Positions 1 to 9,409 of a stretch of 64,000 bases of DNA are shown here, piece after piece (positions within the stretch are counted from its first letter, which is position 1; each line of letters starts with the position of its first letter). The translations under genes were made by a program, and so were the position numbers. The notes under the pieces are model-generated. The model did no database searches. It was not told where the DNA came from and was given only the letters and a program-made list of their open reading frames with translations. Location: the NCBI GenBank assembly GCA_051859245.1, contig JBHYGA010000005.1:416001-480000 (forward strand), written 5' to 3'. This DNA is from Gemmatimonadaceae bacterium. Lineage in GTDB: Bacteria > Gemmatimonadota > Gemmatimonadetes > Gemmatimonadales > Gemmatimonadaceae.

Positions 1-222
1 TCGCTGAAGGAGATGCTGAATCCGGGCTGGGAAGTGCTCGAGTCGTCGCGTCAGCGTCCCCTGGCCAATCCGTTCGCGCCGGGTGACATGCTCGTGTCGC
101 AACTGCCCACCGGAGAGTGGGTGGAGAAGGCGCCGGAGTTCGAGGCGGTGGCCGTCACGGGCGACGGTGTGTTTGATACGCTCAAAGCTGTCTCGAAACT
201 CGTGCTCAAGACGCTCGCCTGA
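1..222 (+). CDS. mglA: MglA-like small GTPase, C-terminal part (5' partial)
   Basis: C-terminus PEFEAVAVTGDGVFDTLKAVSKLVL closely resembles the MglA C-terminus; frame open from position 1. Confidence 0.75.
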   Translation, partial: SLKEMLNPGWEVLESSRQRPLANPFAPGDMLVSQLPTGEWVEKAPEFEAVAVTGDGVFDTLKAVSKLVLKTLA

Positions 223-301
223 TTCAGGGCGTGGGGTGTAGATTACCCCACGCTCGTGCGGCCGCGCCGGTCGCTCTGTCGGTGCCCTCCGCGAGGCGTC
301 T

Positions 302-982
302 GTGAATCTCCCCAATGCGATCACTGTCGGCCGAATTGCGCTGACCCCTTTGATCGCCTGGCTGCCCTTTTCCACCTCGTGGACGGCGCGCCTGGTGGGC
401 TTCACGCTGTTTCTGATCGCCGCCATCACTGACTGGTGGGATGGCCACATCGCCCGCACGCAGAATCTTGTCACGGATCTGGGCCGACTGCTCGATCCGC
501 TCGCCGATAAACTGCTGCTCGTGGCCACGCTGGTCCCGATGTATTTGCTGCAATCGCATTACACGTTCATCGCGCCACTCACCGGCGTATTGCCCGAGCC
601 GTCGGCGTTCTTGTTCGTCACACCGATTGGTCGGGTGTCATTGCCGGGTTGGATTGTCGCGGTGGTGATCGGACGCGAAGTGTTCATGACGCTCTTCCGT
701 TCACTCGCCGCGAGACGCGGCATCGTGATCAGTTCGATCGGTCCCGCCAAGTGGAAAACAGGTTTCCAGAGTGTGTGGACGGGCGCGGCGTTCTTCTGGT
801 TTTTCGCGCGCACCCTCGCCGGCGCTGAAGGCTGGCTCGAGGAAACGTGGTGGGCTTACTTCGCGCACTTCAATGGACTCACGGGGTTGGTGACCATGAC
901 CGCCGCCGTCGGGCTTACGCTCTGGTCATTGGCGCTCTATTTAATGCGGTACGGGCCGGCGTTTCTGAAGGCGCGAGGCTAG
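302..982 (+). CDS. pgsA: CDP-alcohol phosphatidyltransferase (PgsA-like)
   Basis: NLPNAITVGR start; DWWDGHIAR...GRLLDPLADK signature; hydrophobic helices. Confidence 0.88.
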   Translation: MNLPNAITVGRIALTPLIAWLPFSTSWTARLVGFTLFLIAAITDWWDGHIARTQNLVTDLGRLLDPLADKLLLVATLVPMYLLQSHYTFIAPLTGVLPEPSAFLFVTPIGRVSLPGWIVAVVIGREVFMTLFRSLAARRGIVISSIGPAKWKTGFQSVWTGAAFFWFFARTLAGAEGWLEETWWAYFAHFNGLTGLVTMTAAVGLTLWSLALYLMRYGPAFLKARG

Positions 983-1384
983 CCGCGACTCGGCGCTGAA
1001 GTACGATGCGCGTCGGTTGATCAGGCGCGCGGTTCCGTTCTTTATCAGCGGCACGTGAAAATTCAAGAGCAGTCCGAGCGGACTATCGCTCAGTCGCAAG
1101 TAGGAGAGCAGCTGCGCCAGATGCAGCGGCTGCATGCGAGATACCGCCTTGAGCTCGACGATTACGAGCGATTCGACGCGCATGTCGATACGGTAACCAA
1201 TATCAAGCACGATGCCATGTTACCGAAGCCCAAGCTGAATGTTCTCTTCCACTACCAATCCGCGCTTGCGAAGCTCGTGGCTGAGGCAAGCCTGATAGGC
1301 GCTCTCGAGGAGCCCGGGGCCGAGCGCGGTGTGCACTCTCAGTGCCGCGTCTACGATCTGACCAGAGATGTCATTCAGCTTCAT
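941..1384 (-). pseudogene. GxxExxY family (PD-(D/E)XK-like) protein with in-frame nonsense codon
   Basis: MKLNDISGQIVDAALRVHTALGPGLLESAY...LGLR*HGIVLDIGYRIDM...VELKAV...QLLSYL...GLLLNF; both halves in one frame, TAA at 1222-1220. Confidence 0.85.
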
Positions 1385-1514
1385 TTTGAAGTTCCTGAGT
1401 TTGCGTGATGTGAAACTCGCCAACTCAAAACTCTCAAACACCGTCATCTCATCGTCTGATAACCAATCAGAAAAAATTCAGCGAGGCCATTCGCCTTCCT
1501 GCCTCCTGCGGGTT

Positions 1515-1643
1515 GTCTCTGCGTCTCTGCGTCTCTGCGTTCAAAGTAGTTCACGCAGCCGGCGATTCCGCGAACTCGCAGCGAAGACGAGCACCGCAAA
1601 CTGCTTTGAACGCAGAGACGCAGAGACGCAGAGACGCAGAGAC
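1515..1643. repeat. Palindromic element A: (GTCTCTGC)x3-GTTCAAAGTAGTT ... AACTGCTTTGAAC-(GCAGAGAC)x4
   Basis: Inverted arms 1515-1551 and 1599-1643 read directly. Confidence 0.9.
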
Positions 1644-1731
1644 TGCATGCAATTGGCAGGAAACGAAACTGATGGTCGGCTAGCGTCGGGGTTGAGTCGC
1701 CTGCTGAACCGCGCTCCGTTATTTTTTGTCA

Positions 1732-3036
1732 ATGGACATCGAACTCCTCACCATTGGCGACGAACTCCTCCTCGGATTCACCGTCGACACGAACTCCGCG
1801 CACATCGCACGCGTCCTCGCTGACTTCGGGGTGCGCGTAGTCCGACGCACAACGGTTGGCGACGAGCCGGACCACATTGTCAGTGCGCTCAACGACGCGC
1901 TTGATCGCACGGGCGCCGTGATCACCACTGGTGGGCTCGGTCCAACCACCGATGACCGCACACACGAAAGCATTGCACGCGCATATGATCGTGAGCTGGT
2001 GCTCGACGAAACGGGGCTGGCCGCACTGAGTCATCGCTGGGAAAAGCGCTTCGGCAAACCCATGCCCGAAAGCAACCGCCGACAGTTCCTGCTGCCCGCG
2101 AACGCCCACGTGCTGCGCAACTCCCAGGGCTCAGCACCCGGCACGTGGACCGAAGATGCACACGGTCGTTGGGTTGCCACGATGCCCGGTGTGCCACGCG
2201 AAATGCGCGCCATGCTCGCGGAGTCCATCGTGCCGCGCATCAAGGAACGATTGCAGCGCGATGGCCGTGAGGAACACACGCGCACGGTGATCCGATCGCG
2301 CACGCTCCGCACCACCGGCATTTCTGAATCGGCGGTGGCCGATCATCTCGCCGAGTTGCGTCGCGCGGTACACGACATTCCGCTGGCCTACTTGCCAGGA
2401 CTCGACGGCGTCGATCTGCGACTTACGGTAAGCGAACTCAACTCCGCAAACGCGGATGAAGCACTCGCGCGCGCCGCCAACACGATTCGTGAACGCGTCG
2501 GGCGCTGGATTTACGGTGAAAACGACGACGATCTTGCGGCGCTGGTGCTGAATGACCTCGGCGAACACGCACACAAAATTGCGGTCGCGGAAAGCTGCAC
2601 AGGTGGCTTGCTCGGCGCGCGACTCACGGCCGTACCGGGATCAAGTGCACACGTGCTCGGCGGCGTGATTGCGTACGATAATCGCATCAAGACCGAACAA
2701 CTCGGCGTGCCATCGGAGTTGATCGCCGAGCATGGCGCGGTCAGCGAAGCCGTCGCGCGTGCCATGGCTATCGGGGTGCGCGAACGTTTTGGCGCCGATG
2801 TTGGCGTGGGGATTACCGGCGTGGCCGGACCGTCTGGCGGCTCACCGGAAAAGCCTGTCGGTACCGTGTGGATTGCCGTTGACCTGCGCGGCGACGTCCA
2901 CGCCGTGAAGCCCGTGCTGCCGGGGGATCGCAACGAAATACGCCATCGCGCCACGCAGATAGCTCTTGAGCGCGTCCGGCGGGTATATGCAGGAGAGGCC
3001 AGCCTTCCAGGATGGACGGTGTCGGCCGATCGGTAG
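1732..3036 (+). CDS. cinA: Competence/damage-inducible protein CinA (MocF domain + NMN deamidase)
   Basis: IGDELLLG..DTN, TGGLGPTTDD, AESCTGG, GITGVAGPSGG..EKPVGTV. Confidence 0.93.
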   Translation: MDIELLTIGDELLLGFTVDTNSAHIARVLADFGVRVVRRTTVGDEPDHIVSALNDALDRTGAVITTGGLGPTTDDRTHESIARAYDRELVLDETGLAALSHRWEKRFGKPMPESNRRQFLLPANAHVLRNSQGSAPGTWTEDAHGRWVATMPGVPREMRAMLAESIVPRIKERLQRDGREEHTRTVIRSRTLRTTGISESAVADHLAELRRAVHDIPLAYLPGLDGVDLRLTVSELNSANADEALARAANTIRERVGRWIYGENDDDLAALVLNDLGEHAHKIAVAESCTGGLLGARLTAVPGSSAHVLGGVIAYDNRIKTEQLGVPSELIAEHGAVSEAVARAMAIGVRERFGADVGVGITGVAGPSGGSPEKPVGTVWIAVDLRGDVHAVKPVLPGDRNEIRHRATQIALERVRRVYAGEASLPGWTVSADR

Positions 3037-3057
3037 GCAAATACCCGCGAGGTTCCC

Positions 3058-3552
3058 GTGCGCAAAACAGTGCAGTTCATGATGATCGGTTTGTTGGCGC
3101 TGGTGAGCGCATGCGGAGACGACGGGGGGACGGCACCGGGCATTCGAGAGCACCAGGAAGCCCAGCAGAAGTTCAATGCGCTTGGGCTCGTGTACTACAC
3201 GGTCGAGGCGCGGCAAATGTGCTTCTGTCCGGCTGGGTACGGCCTCTGGCATGAGATTACCGTGGCGAACAACGTGGTGATCGCGTCGCGACTGCTCGAA
3301 CCGCATCCACAGGGCGCCGAATTGCCGCCCGGCGCGCACCGAACCGTCCAGCAGACGTTCGAATTCGTGGCCGACTTTTTTTCGGATGGGTCCCGCGCAC
3401 GTCGCGGTGAACGACTCGAGGCCACCTACGACGCCGAGACCGGACTGCCACTCACGGTGGCGTACACCGCGGCCCCGGGCGTAGCCGATGGCGACGTGAC
3501 GTTCCAGTATCGGGCGCTCAAGCCGGGCCTCACGCAGCGCGTGCAGCGGTGA
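3058..3552 (+). CDS. Putative lipoprotein, DUF6174-like
   Basis: Lipobox VSAC; Y-x-V...CFC motif; YDAETGLP. Confidence 0.6.
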   Translation: MRKTVQFMMIGLLALVSACGDDGGTAPGIREHQEAQQKFNALGLVYYTVEARQMCFCPAGYGLWHEITVANNVVIASRLLEPHPQGAELPPGAHRTVQQTFEFVADFFSDGSRARRGERLEATYDAETGLPLTVAYTAAPGVADGDVTFQYRALKPGLTQRVQR

Positions 3553-4031
3553 GCGAAAGCGCCTGGGGAAGGCGTATGGTGAGCACGGCCGTGATCGCTG
3601 CGGTGGTTGCACTGCTCGCCTGCAGCGAAGGCGCGTTGGAGCCCGCGCCGATCACGGCGGTGAACGATGCGAACGCGCGCTGGCAGGCACTCGCGCTGAC
3701 GTCGTATCGAGTGGACGTCCGCCAGGAATGCTTCTGCTCACCTGACGACCAGAAATGGTACGAGGTGAGGGTCGTCAACAACTCGGTCAGGGAAGTGTGG
3801 CCTCTCGAACCCATCAATCCGGAAATATCGAGGCGACCACATTTCCCCACGATCAGCGAGGTGTACGGCCTGCTGGCCGCCGCGCCGCAACCGCCGACCA
3901 CGTTGTTTCGCGGCGAGTTTGACCCGCGAACGGGGCTGCCACTGCGCGTTTGGCTTGGGTACCCGTCGGCGAATGACAGCGGTGTGTACTACGAGTTCCG
4001 CAACCTGCGTGCTGGAACATCACAGCAGTGA
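3549..4031 (+). CDS. Putative lipoprotein, DUF6174-like (tandem paralog)
   Basis: Lipobox LLAC; YRVDVRQECFC; FDPRTGLP; GTGA overlap with upstream paralog (ATG 3576 is an alternative start). Confidence 0.6.
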   Translation: MSESAWGRRMVSTAVIAAVVALLACSEGALEPAPITAVNDANARWQALALTSYRVDVRQECFCSPDDQKWYEVRVVNNSVREVWPLEPINPEISRRPHFPTISEVYGLLAAAPQPPTTLFRGEFDPRTGLPLRVWLGYPSANDSGVYYEFRNLRAGTSQQ

Positions 4032-4123
4032 CGAGCTGAGCCGCGTAGATTGGGCCTAGAGACTGCATTCGGGCATCGGCTTCGGCCGAGTGTCCGCTGG
4101 TACTCCTCCTTGCCCCCGCCCCA

Positions 4124-5221
4124 ATGTCCGCCCCATCCGTATTCTTCGCGCGCCTGACGTCCGCAGCCCTGTTCGGCGCGCTCGTCACGGCTCCTGTGCA
4201 GGCGCAGGCCGCTGCCGGTGCACCGCAGCGCGCTCGTCAGGTGGTCCCGATGGATTCCGCGCGCGCCGCCGCGCTGTACGTGAGCAACCGTCACGAAGAT
4301 CATCCGGTTTCGAACTACGAATCCGCAATCGCCGGTAAGAAGGTGACGGATTCGATCTTTGCCGCGCGCAGCGTGGGCAAAATGACGTACAGCAAAATCA
4401 AGTACAAATCGCGTCCGGACGGGCTCGAAATTCCGGCCTACGTGTTTGGCCCGCTTACGCCGCGCGGCCCCGCCGCCCATGCCGCCATGGTGTGGGTGCA
4501 CGGCGGCGTACACGGCAACTGGGATCAGAACTACCTGCCGTTCATCATCGAGGCCGTCAAACGCGGCTATGTGATCATCGCACCCGATTACCGCGGCAGC
4601 ACCGGGTACGGAAAAGAGTTTCACAATCTGATCGACTACGGCGGCTACGAAGTCGACGACGTGCTGAGCGCCTACGACTATCTCAAAACGGTGCCGCACG
4701 TGGACACCACACGCGTTGCTGTGATGGGCTGGAGCCACGGCGGCTTTATCACTGCGCATCTGCAGTTCAGAAGCCAGACGCCGTTCAAGGCGGGCGTGGC
4801 CATGGTGCCGGTCACCAATCTCTTTTTCCGCTTGTCGTACAAGGGGCCGAGCTACCAGCGCTCGTTCTCCACGCAGTCACGCCTGCAGGGGTTGCCCTTC
4901 GAGCAGCGTGAGGAGTACAAGCGTCGGTCGCCGTACTACCACGTGGACAGCCTCAATACGCCGCTCCTGGTGCACGTGGCTACGAACGATACGGACGTGA
5001 ACTTTGAAGAAGCCGAGCCCTTGATCGACGCGCTCCGGGCCCGCAAGCCGCATCTCGCGGAGACCAAGATTTACGTGGACCCCACGCCCGGCCCGGCTAG
5101 CGTTGGCCATACGTTCAACCGCAACGTGAACCGGCAGACCCTCGAGCTGAATGATTCGCCCGAGCAGACGGACAGCTGGAATCTGACGTGGGCGTTTCTC
5201 GAGAAATGGCTCAAGCCGTGA
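4124..5221 (+). CDS. Secreted S9 family (prolyl oligopeptidase-like) serine hydrolase
   Basis: Signal peptide; VHGG, DYRGSTGYG, GWSHGG nucleophile elbow, Asp (NDTDV) and His (GHTF). Confidence 0.85.
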   Translation: MSAPSVFFARLTSAALFGALVTAPVQAQAAAGAPQRARQVVPMDSARAAALYVSNRHEDHPVSNYESAIAGKKVTDSIFAARSVGKMTYSKIKYKSRPDGLEIPAYVFGPLTPRGPAAHAAMVWVHGGVHGNWDQNYLPFIIEAVKRGYVIIAPDYRGSTGYGKEFHNLIDYGGYEVDDVLSAYDYLKTVPHVDTTRVAVMGWSHGGFITAHLQFRSQTPFKAGVAMVPVTNLFFRLSYKGPSYQRSFSTQSRLQGLPFEQREEYKRRSPYYHVDSLNTPLLVHVATNDTDVNFEEAEPLIDALRARKPHLAETKIYVDPTPGPASVGHTFNRNVNRQTLELNDSPEQTDSWNLTWAFLEKWLKP

Positions 5222-5331
5222 TTGTTGGCTGGCCGGTTGTGCCGCGGGTCGTGCAGTGAAAACTTTGTGGATGCGTCCGGCGTACGGCCCTCACGGGGCC
5301 GTCGCCCCCGCGTCACCCGAAACAACTGCTC

Positions 5332-5889
5332 ATGACTGACCCGACCTCTCCGGACACTCCCGCGTCGCAGGCCGTAGACGCCTCGGCTGCTGATACGACG
5401 CCCGACATCACCACTGAAATCGTCACTGGCGACGAGGCGCTGCGCCGCGAAGTTGAAGAAACACGCGACCGCATGCTTCGCGTGGCCGCCGAGTTTGACA
5501 ACTTCCGCAAGCGTGCAGTTCGTGAGCGTCAGGAAGCCGGCTGGCGCGCGCAGGGAGAACTTGTGCGCGGTCTGCTGGATGCGCTCGACGACTTGTCACG
5601 CTTTGGATCGGTGGATCCGAGCACGATGGATTCCAAGAGTGTGATCGACGGCGTCTCCATGGTCGAAAAAAAGATCATGAAGTCGCTGGCCGGTCATGGA
5701 TTTGAATCCATCAATCCCATCGATCATCCGTTCGATCCGAATCTGCACGAAGCGCTCGGCACCGCGCCGGCGGAATCGGAAGAGCAGGATGGATTGGTGG
5801 CCTCGGTTTATCAGGTGGGCTACGTGATCAACGGACATCTGTTGCGACCGGCGCGCGTGTTGGTGCGCCAGTGGAGTAGCGGCAACTAG
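5332..5889 (+). CDS. grpE: Nucleotide exchange factor GrpE
   Basis: AEFDNFRKR, FDPNLHEA, GYVINGHLLRPARV. Confidence 0.95.
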   Translation: MTDPTSPDTPASQAVDASAADTTPDITTEIVTGDEALRREVEETRDRMLRVAAEFDNFRKRAVRERQEAGWRAQGELVRGLLDALDDLSRFGSVDPSTMDSKSVIDGVSMVEKKIMKSLAGHGFESINPIDHPFDPNLHEALGTAPAESEEQDGLVASVYQVGYVINGHLLRPARVLVRQWSSGN

Positions 5890-5890
5890 A

Positions 5891-7030
5891 ATGGCCCAAG
5901 GCAAGGACTTTTACGCGATACTCGGTGTGGCGGCATCGGCGTCTGCCGATGAGATCAAGAAGCAGTACCGTCGCCTTGCCAAGCAGTATCATCCCGACAG
6001 CAACGCGGGCGATCCCAAAGCATCCGAACGCTTCAAGGAAATTTCTGAAGCGTACGGAACGCTTGGTGATGCCGAGAAGCGCAAGCAATACGACGAACTG
6101 CGCAGACTTGGCGCGTTCGGCGGGTTTGGTACGCATCGCAGCAGCACGTCACGACCCGGTGCATCGAGTGGTATGGGTGCACGTCCCGGTGGTGCGCGTC
6201 CCGGTGCCAGCAGCTCCACGTTTGATTTTGACGTGGGCGGCATTGGTGGACTCGGTGATTTGTTCAGCACCATGTTTGGCGCTGGCGGAAAACGTTCGCG
6301 TGGTCCGGAGCAGGGGCAAACAATTGAGCGCACCGTCGACGTGCCGTTTCGTGTGGCCGTGACGGGTGGCAAAGTACCGGTTGAGCTCGAAGTGCAGGAA
6401 GAGTGTGCGACATGTCGCGGCAGTGGTGGTGCACCAGGCGCCACCGTCAAAACCTGCGAAGAGTGCAGCGGGCGTGGTGTGATTTCATTTGGACAGGGCG
6501 GCTTTGCCGTGAATCGTCCGTGTCCGGCGTGCATGGGCCGTGGACAGATTCCGAGTGAGCGTTGTCCAACGTGTACCGGTGTTGGCAGTGTGCGCGCGCG
6601 TCGCAAAGTGTTGATCACCGTGCCAGCGGGTGCTGAGAGCGGACTCAAGCTGAGTTTGCGCGGGCAGGGTGGACGCGGTGCAGCCGGCGGTCAGCCCGGT
6701 GATCTGGTCGTCACGTTTCAGGTGCAACCTGATCGTTTTTACACACGCGATGGACTGGACCTCATTGCGACCGTGCCAATCAATGTGGCGCAAGCAACGC
6801 TCGGTTCACGTGTGAGTGTCAAGACGATTACCGGCAAGAAAGTGACCGTGCGCATTCCCGCAGGAACACCTTCCGGCAAACGTTTTCGTGTGCCGGGGCA
6901 AGGCGTTGAGAAAGACGGCAAGACGGGCGATCTGTTGGTCGAAGTGGCGATCACGGTGCCGGAAACGCTGAACGAGGCGCAAGAGAAAGCGATGCGCGAC
7001 TTTGCGGAGGCGAGTGGGCTCAAGTATTGA
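5891..7030 (+). CDS. dnaJ: Chaperone DnaJ
   Basis: J-domain with HPD, G/F-rich linker, four CxxCxGxG repeats. Confidence 0.95.
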   Translation: MAQGKDFYAILGVAASASADEIKKQYRRLAKQYHPDSNAGDPKASERFKEISEAYGTLGDAEKRKQYDELRRLGAFGGFGTHRSSTSRPGASSGMGARPGGARPGASSSTFDFDVGGIGGLGDLFSTMFGAGGKRSRGPEQGQTIERTVDVPFRVAVTGGKVPVELEVQEECATCRGSGGAPGATVKTCEECSGRGVISFGQGGFAVNRPCPACMGRGQIPSERCPTCTGVGSVRARRKVLITVPAGAESGLKLSLRGQGGRGAAGGQPGDLVVTFQVQPDRFYTRDGLDLIATVPINVAQATLGSRVSVKTITGKKVTVRIPAGTPSGKRFRVPGQGVEKDGKTGDLLVEVAITVPETLNEAQEKAMRDFAEASGLKY

Positions 7031-7049
7031 GCGCGGGCGTGGACCGCGT

Positions 7050-7607
7050 GTGCGTCGACCGCGTGTGCGTTGCGCGCGTGCGCTGGCAACGTTGCTGGGC
7101 ACCGCGTTGTTGAGCGGAGTTAGCGCACTCTCGCCCGCGATGTTGTCGGCGCAACAGTCGCCCTCTCCGCGCGGTATTCTGAGCGGCGCTGTGGATGACG
7201 CGGACGACACACGCTGGCGCGCAGCGCGTTGTTTGCTCGGCGTTTCGTACGGCGCCCCGCTGCGTTTGTACGTCGCCGCAGCGGCAGGTGTGCGTCGCGC
7301 ATATGAATCGCGCACGGTATGCGCCTACGGCGCCGCACACGTTGGACTCGGCGGCGCGCGCGGATCACTCGGCACTGCGGTTACGCTCGGTCGCTACGGC
7401 AGCGCACTCGGCGTGAGTGGTGGACTGCTGCGCACATTCGGAAATCCCGGAGGGGACGCCGATCCACGTCGCAATTACGTGGGCGGTAGTGTGCATGTGT
7501 GGCCGGCGCTCGCCGTGCATACGGAGTTTGGTGCGTACACGCGTTTATCGCGCGCGGGTGAGGCGGCGCAGCGCTTTCTCGTTTGGAGTGTTGGGTTCGG
7601 GTACTGA
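7050..7607 (+). CDS. Hypothetical exported protein, possible small beta-barrel (start uncertain)
   Basis: Signal-like hydrophobic stretch, Gly-rich amphipathic strands, terminal WSVGFGY. Confidence 0.5.
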   Translation: MRRPRVRCARALATLLGTALLSGVSALSPAMLSAQQSPSPRGILSGAVDDADDTRWRAARCLLGVSYGAPLRLYVAAAAGVRRAYESRTVCAYGAAHVGLGGARGSLGTAVTLGRYGSALGVSGGLLRTFGNPGGDADPRRNYVGGSVHVWPALAVHTEFGAYTRLSRAGEAAQRFLVWSVGFGY

Positions 7608-7768
7608 CGCGAATTCACATGTACGCCGTTGTGCTCTCCGAGGCGCCCTCTCATTGTGCGATTTTCACGCCTACCCGCGCACGTGCAACTGAAACCGATG
7701 AGTTCGCCATGCGCTGTTGCCCTGCAAGATCGTTACGCTTGAGGATGCGCGAGGGCGTCGGTTTTGTA

Positions 7769-7797
7769 TTGACGGCATAAATCCGGCGCGGTATGCT
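7769..7797 (+). promoter_or_regulatory. Sigma70-type promoter
   Basis: TTGACG-17 nt-TATGCT upstream of 7895 ORF. Confidence 0.6.
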
Positions 7798-7828
7798 GAA
7801 TCCATGAGTGCAACATCTGAGCTAGATC

Positions 7829-7882
7829 GCGCAACGGCGCAACGGCGCAACGGCGCAACGGCGCAACGGCGCAAGGGCGCAG
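7829..7882 (+). repeat. Tandem octamer (GCGCAACG)x5 + GCGCAAGG + GCGCAG
   Basis: Read directly. Confidence 0.95.
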
Positions 7883-7894
7883 CGCTGGAGCGCA

Positions 7895-9409
7895 GTGATG
7901 CGCTACGCGACATGGGGCGTTTTACTGCTTCTGGTGCTGGGTTGCGACGCGAGCGCACCCACGCGCGACCAGTCTGAGACGAGGACGGCGCGAGCGGTTA
8001 GCGCTCCTGACACGCTTACTGCGCGCGCGTCTGTCACCGAGTGCAGCGATCCGGCATGTGAACCACCGCCACCAAGGCCCTGGTCGTGGTCCGTGATCGT
8101 GGGGCGCGGAACGGACGCAGCTGCGCGAGACAGCTCAGCAGAGGTGCTCAGTTTTCCTTCGCGTACGAGAGTCCGAATACGAGCTAGCGGCAGCATTGCC
8201 CGTTCATACAACCCTGCCATTGCTACGACGTTTCCCCAGTATACGGGCTATTTCCCTCCCATTGATGCCGACGGCGAGTGGTTAGGGTCTGACAAATCTG
8301 CCTTCCTCTTCACGAACTTCACAGGCACAGGTGTGCTTGGCTTAACGCTGCTTCGAACTCCGACATGGGGGAGCGGAAACAGTCAGCACGATGCCACTGC
8401 AGCTGAGTATGAGGTCTCTGGGGTCGTACGTGGCACTGGGCGGATTGTCAGGCAGGGGTTTCTCCAGCCTATGAATCCCGGCCCGCCCGCCTGCAATGGC
8501 GTGACCGGAATACCATGCGTTCTAGCAGCCGGCGGCCAACATACCGTGGTTGTCGAGATTATCGCGCAGCAGCTCTCGCTAACAGCCTCACCCGATAGCA
8601 TCACTGTTGGCGATAGCGTGACCTTCACTGCGACGGCGACGTCGTCGCTTGCGGTGCTTGAGTGGAAATGGCAGCCAAGTTTGTCTGCTGCGACGCATAC
8701 GCCGGTGAATCTCTGTTCTGCGGGGCAGTCCACCTGCAGGATCCCCGTGTTCGAACCAGGCACGATGTACGTGCTTGCGACCGTCGGTACCGGTAGCTCC
8801 GCGACGCGTGAAGTCGCAGGGGACAGCGTCGCAGCAGCTGACCCGGTGTATCCGCCGGTGACGTGTCCAACGGGTGAACCGCTGCTCGACCTTGGCGCTT
8901 CGCGTGAGATTCTGCGCGAAGTGATGAAGCGTACCGACAGCATTACACCCAAGGTCGAATGGGCGGGGTACGTATACCAACTGCCCGGTGGTCAATATCG
9001 GTTTAAGGTGGACACGCTGGCGGCGAATGACTGTTCCAGCTCATCCGCGAGCGCCGCCGCGCCTCCGGGCTGGACTCAGGTGCTGCTTGTACACTCGCAT
9101 CCGGCGGCGCCGGGGCGTGGAATCTGTGGAATGGGAGAACGAGCCCGACGCGGACCTCATGGCGGCCTTTTCTCACCAGGCGACTGGGACTTGGCTGATC
9201 CCACATATCACAATCCCGCCGTTGCGATCGCAGTGATTGATCCCTCAAGTATTGCCTTGGGAAAACCGGCTGCCTGGGAGAACACCGTTAGGGTGAGGAA
9301 TCGAAGAGACACAAGCGTCTTTTATAATCGAAAAGTGCCCAGCAAATCACAGTTCGACCAACACTACGCCGAGTTCAAGAGAAAGGAGGGGGCATGCAAC
9401 CGACCATAA
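7895..9409 (+). CDS. Lipoprotein with Ig-like domain and C-terminal JAB/MPN-like domain; candidate polymorphic toxin
   Basis: GGAG RBS at 7887-7890; lipobox VLGC; LTASPDSITVGDSVTFTA; EWAGYVY...HSHP...FSPGD. Confidence 0.55.
   Translation: MMRYATWGVLLLLVLGCDASAPTRDQSETRTARAVSAPDTLTARASVTECSDPACEPPPPRPWSWSVIVGRGTDAAARDSSAEVLSFPSRTRVRIRASGSIARSYNPAIATTFPQYTGYFPPIDADGEWLGSDKSAFLFTNFTGTGVLGLTLLRTPTWGSGNSQHDATAAEYEVSGVVRGTGRIVRQGFLQPMNPGPPACNGVTGIPCVLAAGGQHTVVVEIIAQQLSLTASPDSITVGDSVTFTATATSSLAVLEWKWQPSLSAATHTPVNLCSAGQSTCRIPVFEPGTMYVLATVGTGSSATREVAGDSVAAADPVYPPVTCPTGEPLLDLGASREILREVMKRTDSITPKVEWAGYVYQLPGGQYRFKVDTLAANDCSSSSASAAAPPGWTQVLLVHSHPAAPGRGICGMGERARRGPHGGLFSPGDWDLADPTYHNPAVAIAVIDPSSIALGKPAAWENTVRVRNRRDTSVFYNRKVPSKSQFDQHYAEFKRKEGACNRP

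Noticed and set aside
1515..1643. CRISPR array interpretation of the tandem units (also at 7829, 17942, 45726)
   Set aside because: Units are 8-9 nt with no unique spacers and no cas genes in the window
5222..5331. CIRCE element before grpE-dnaJ
   Set aside because: No TTAGCACTC-N9-GAGTGCTAA; only a short GC hairpin
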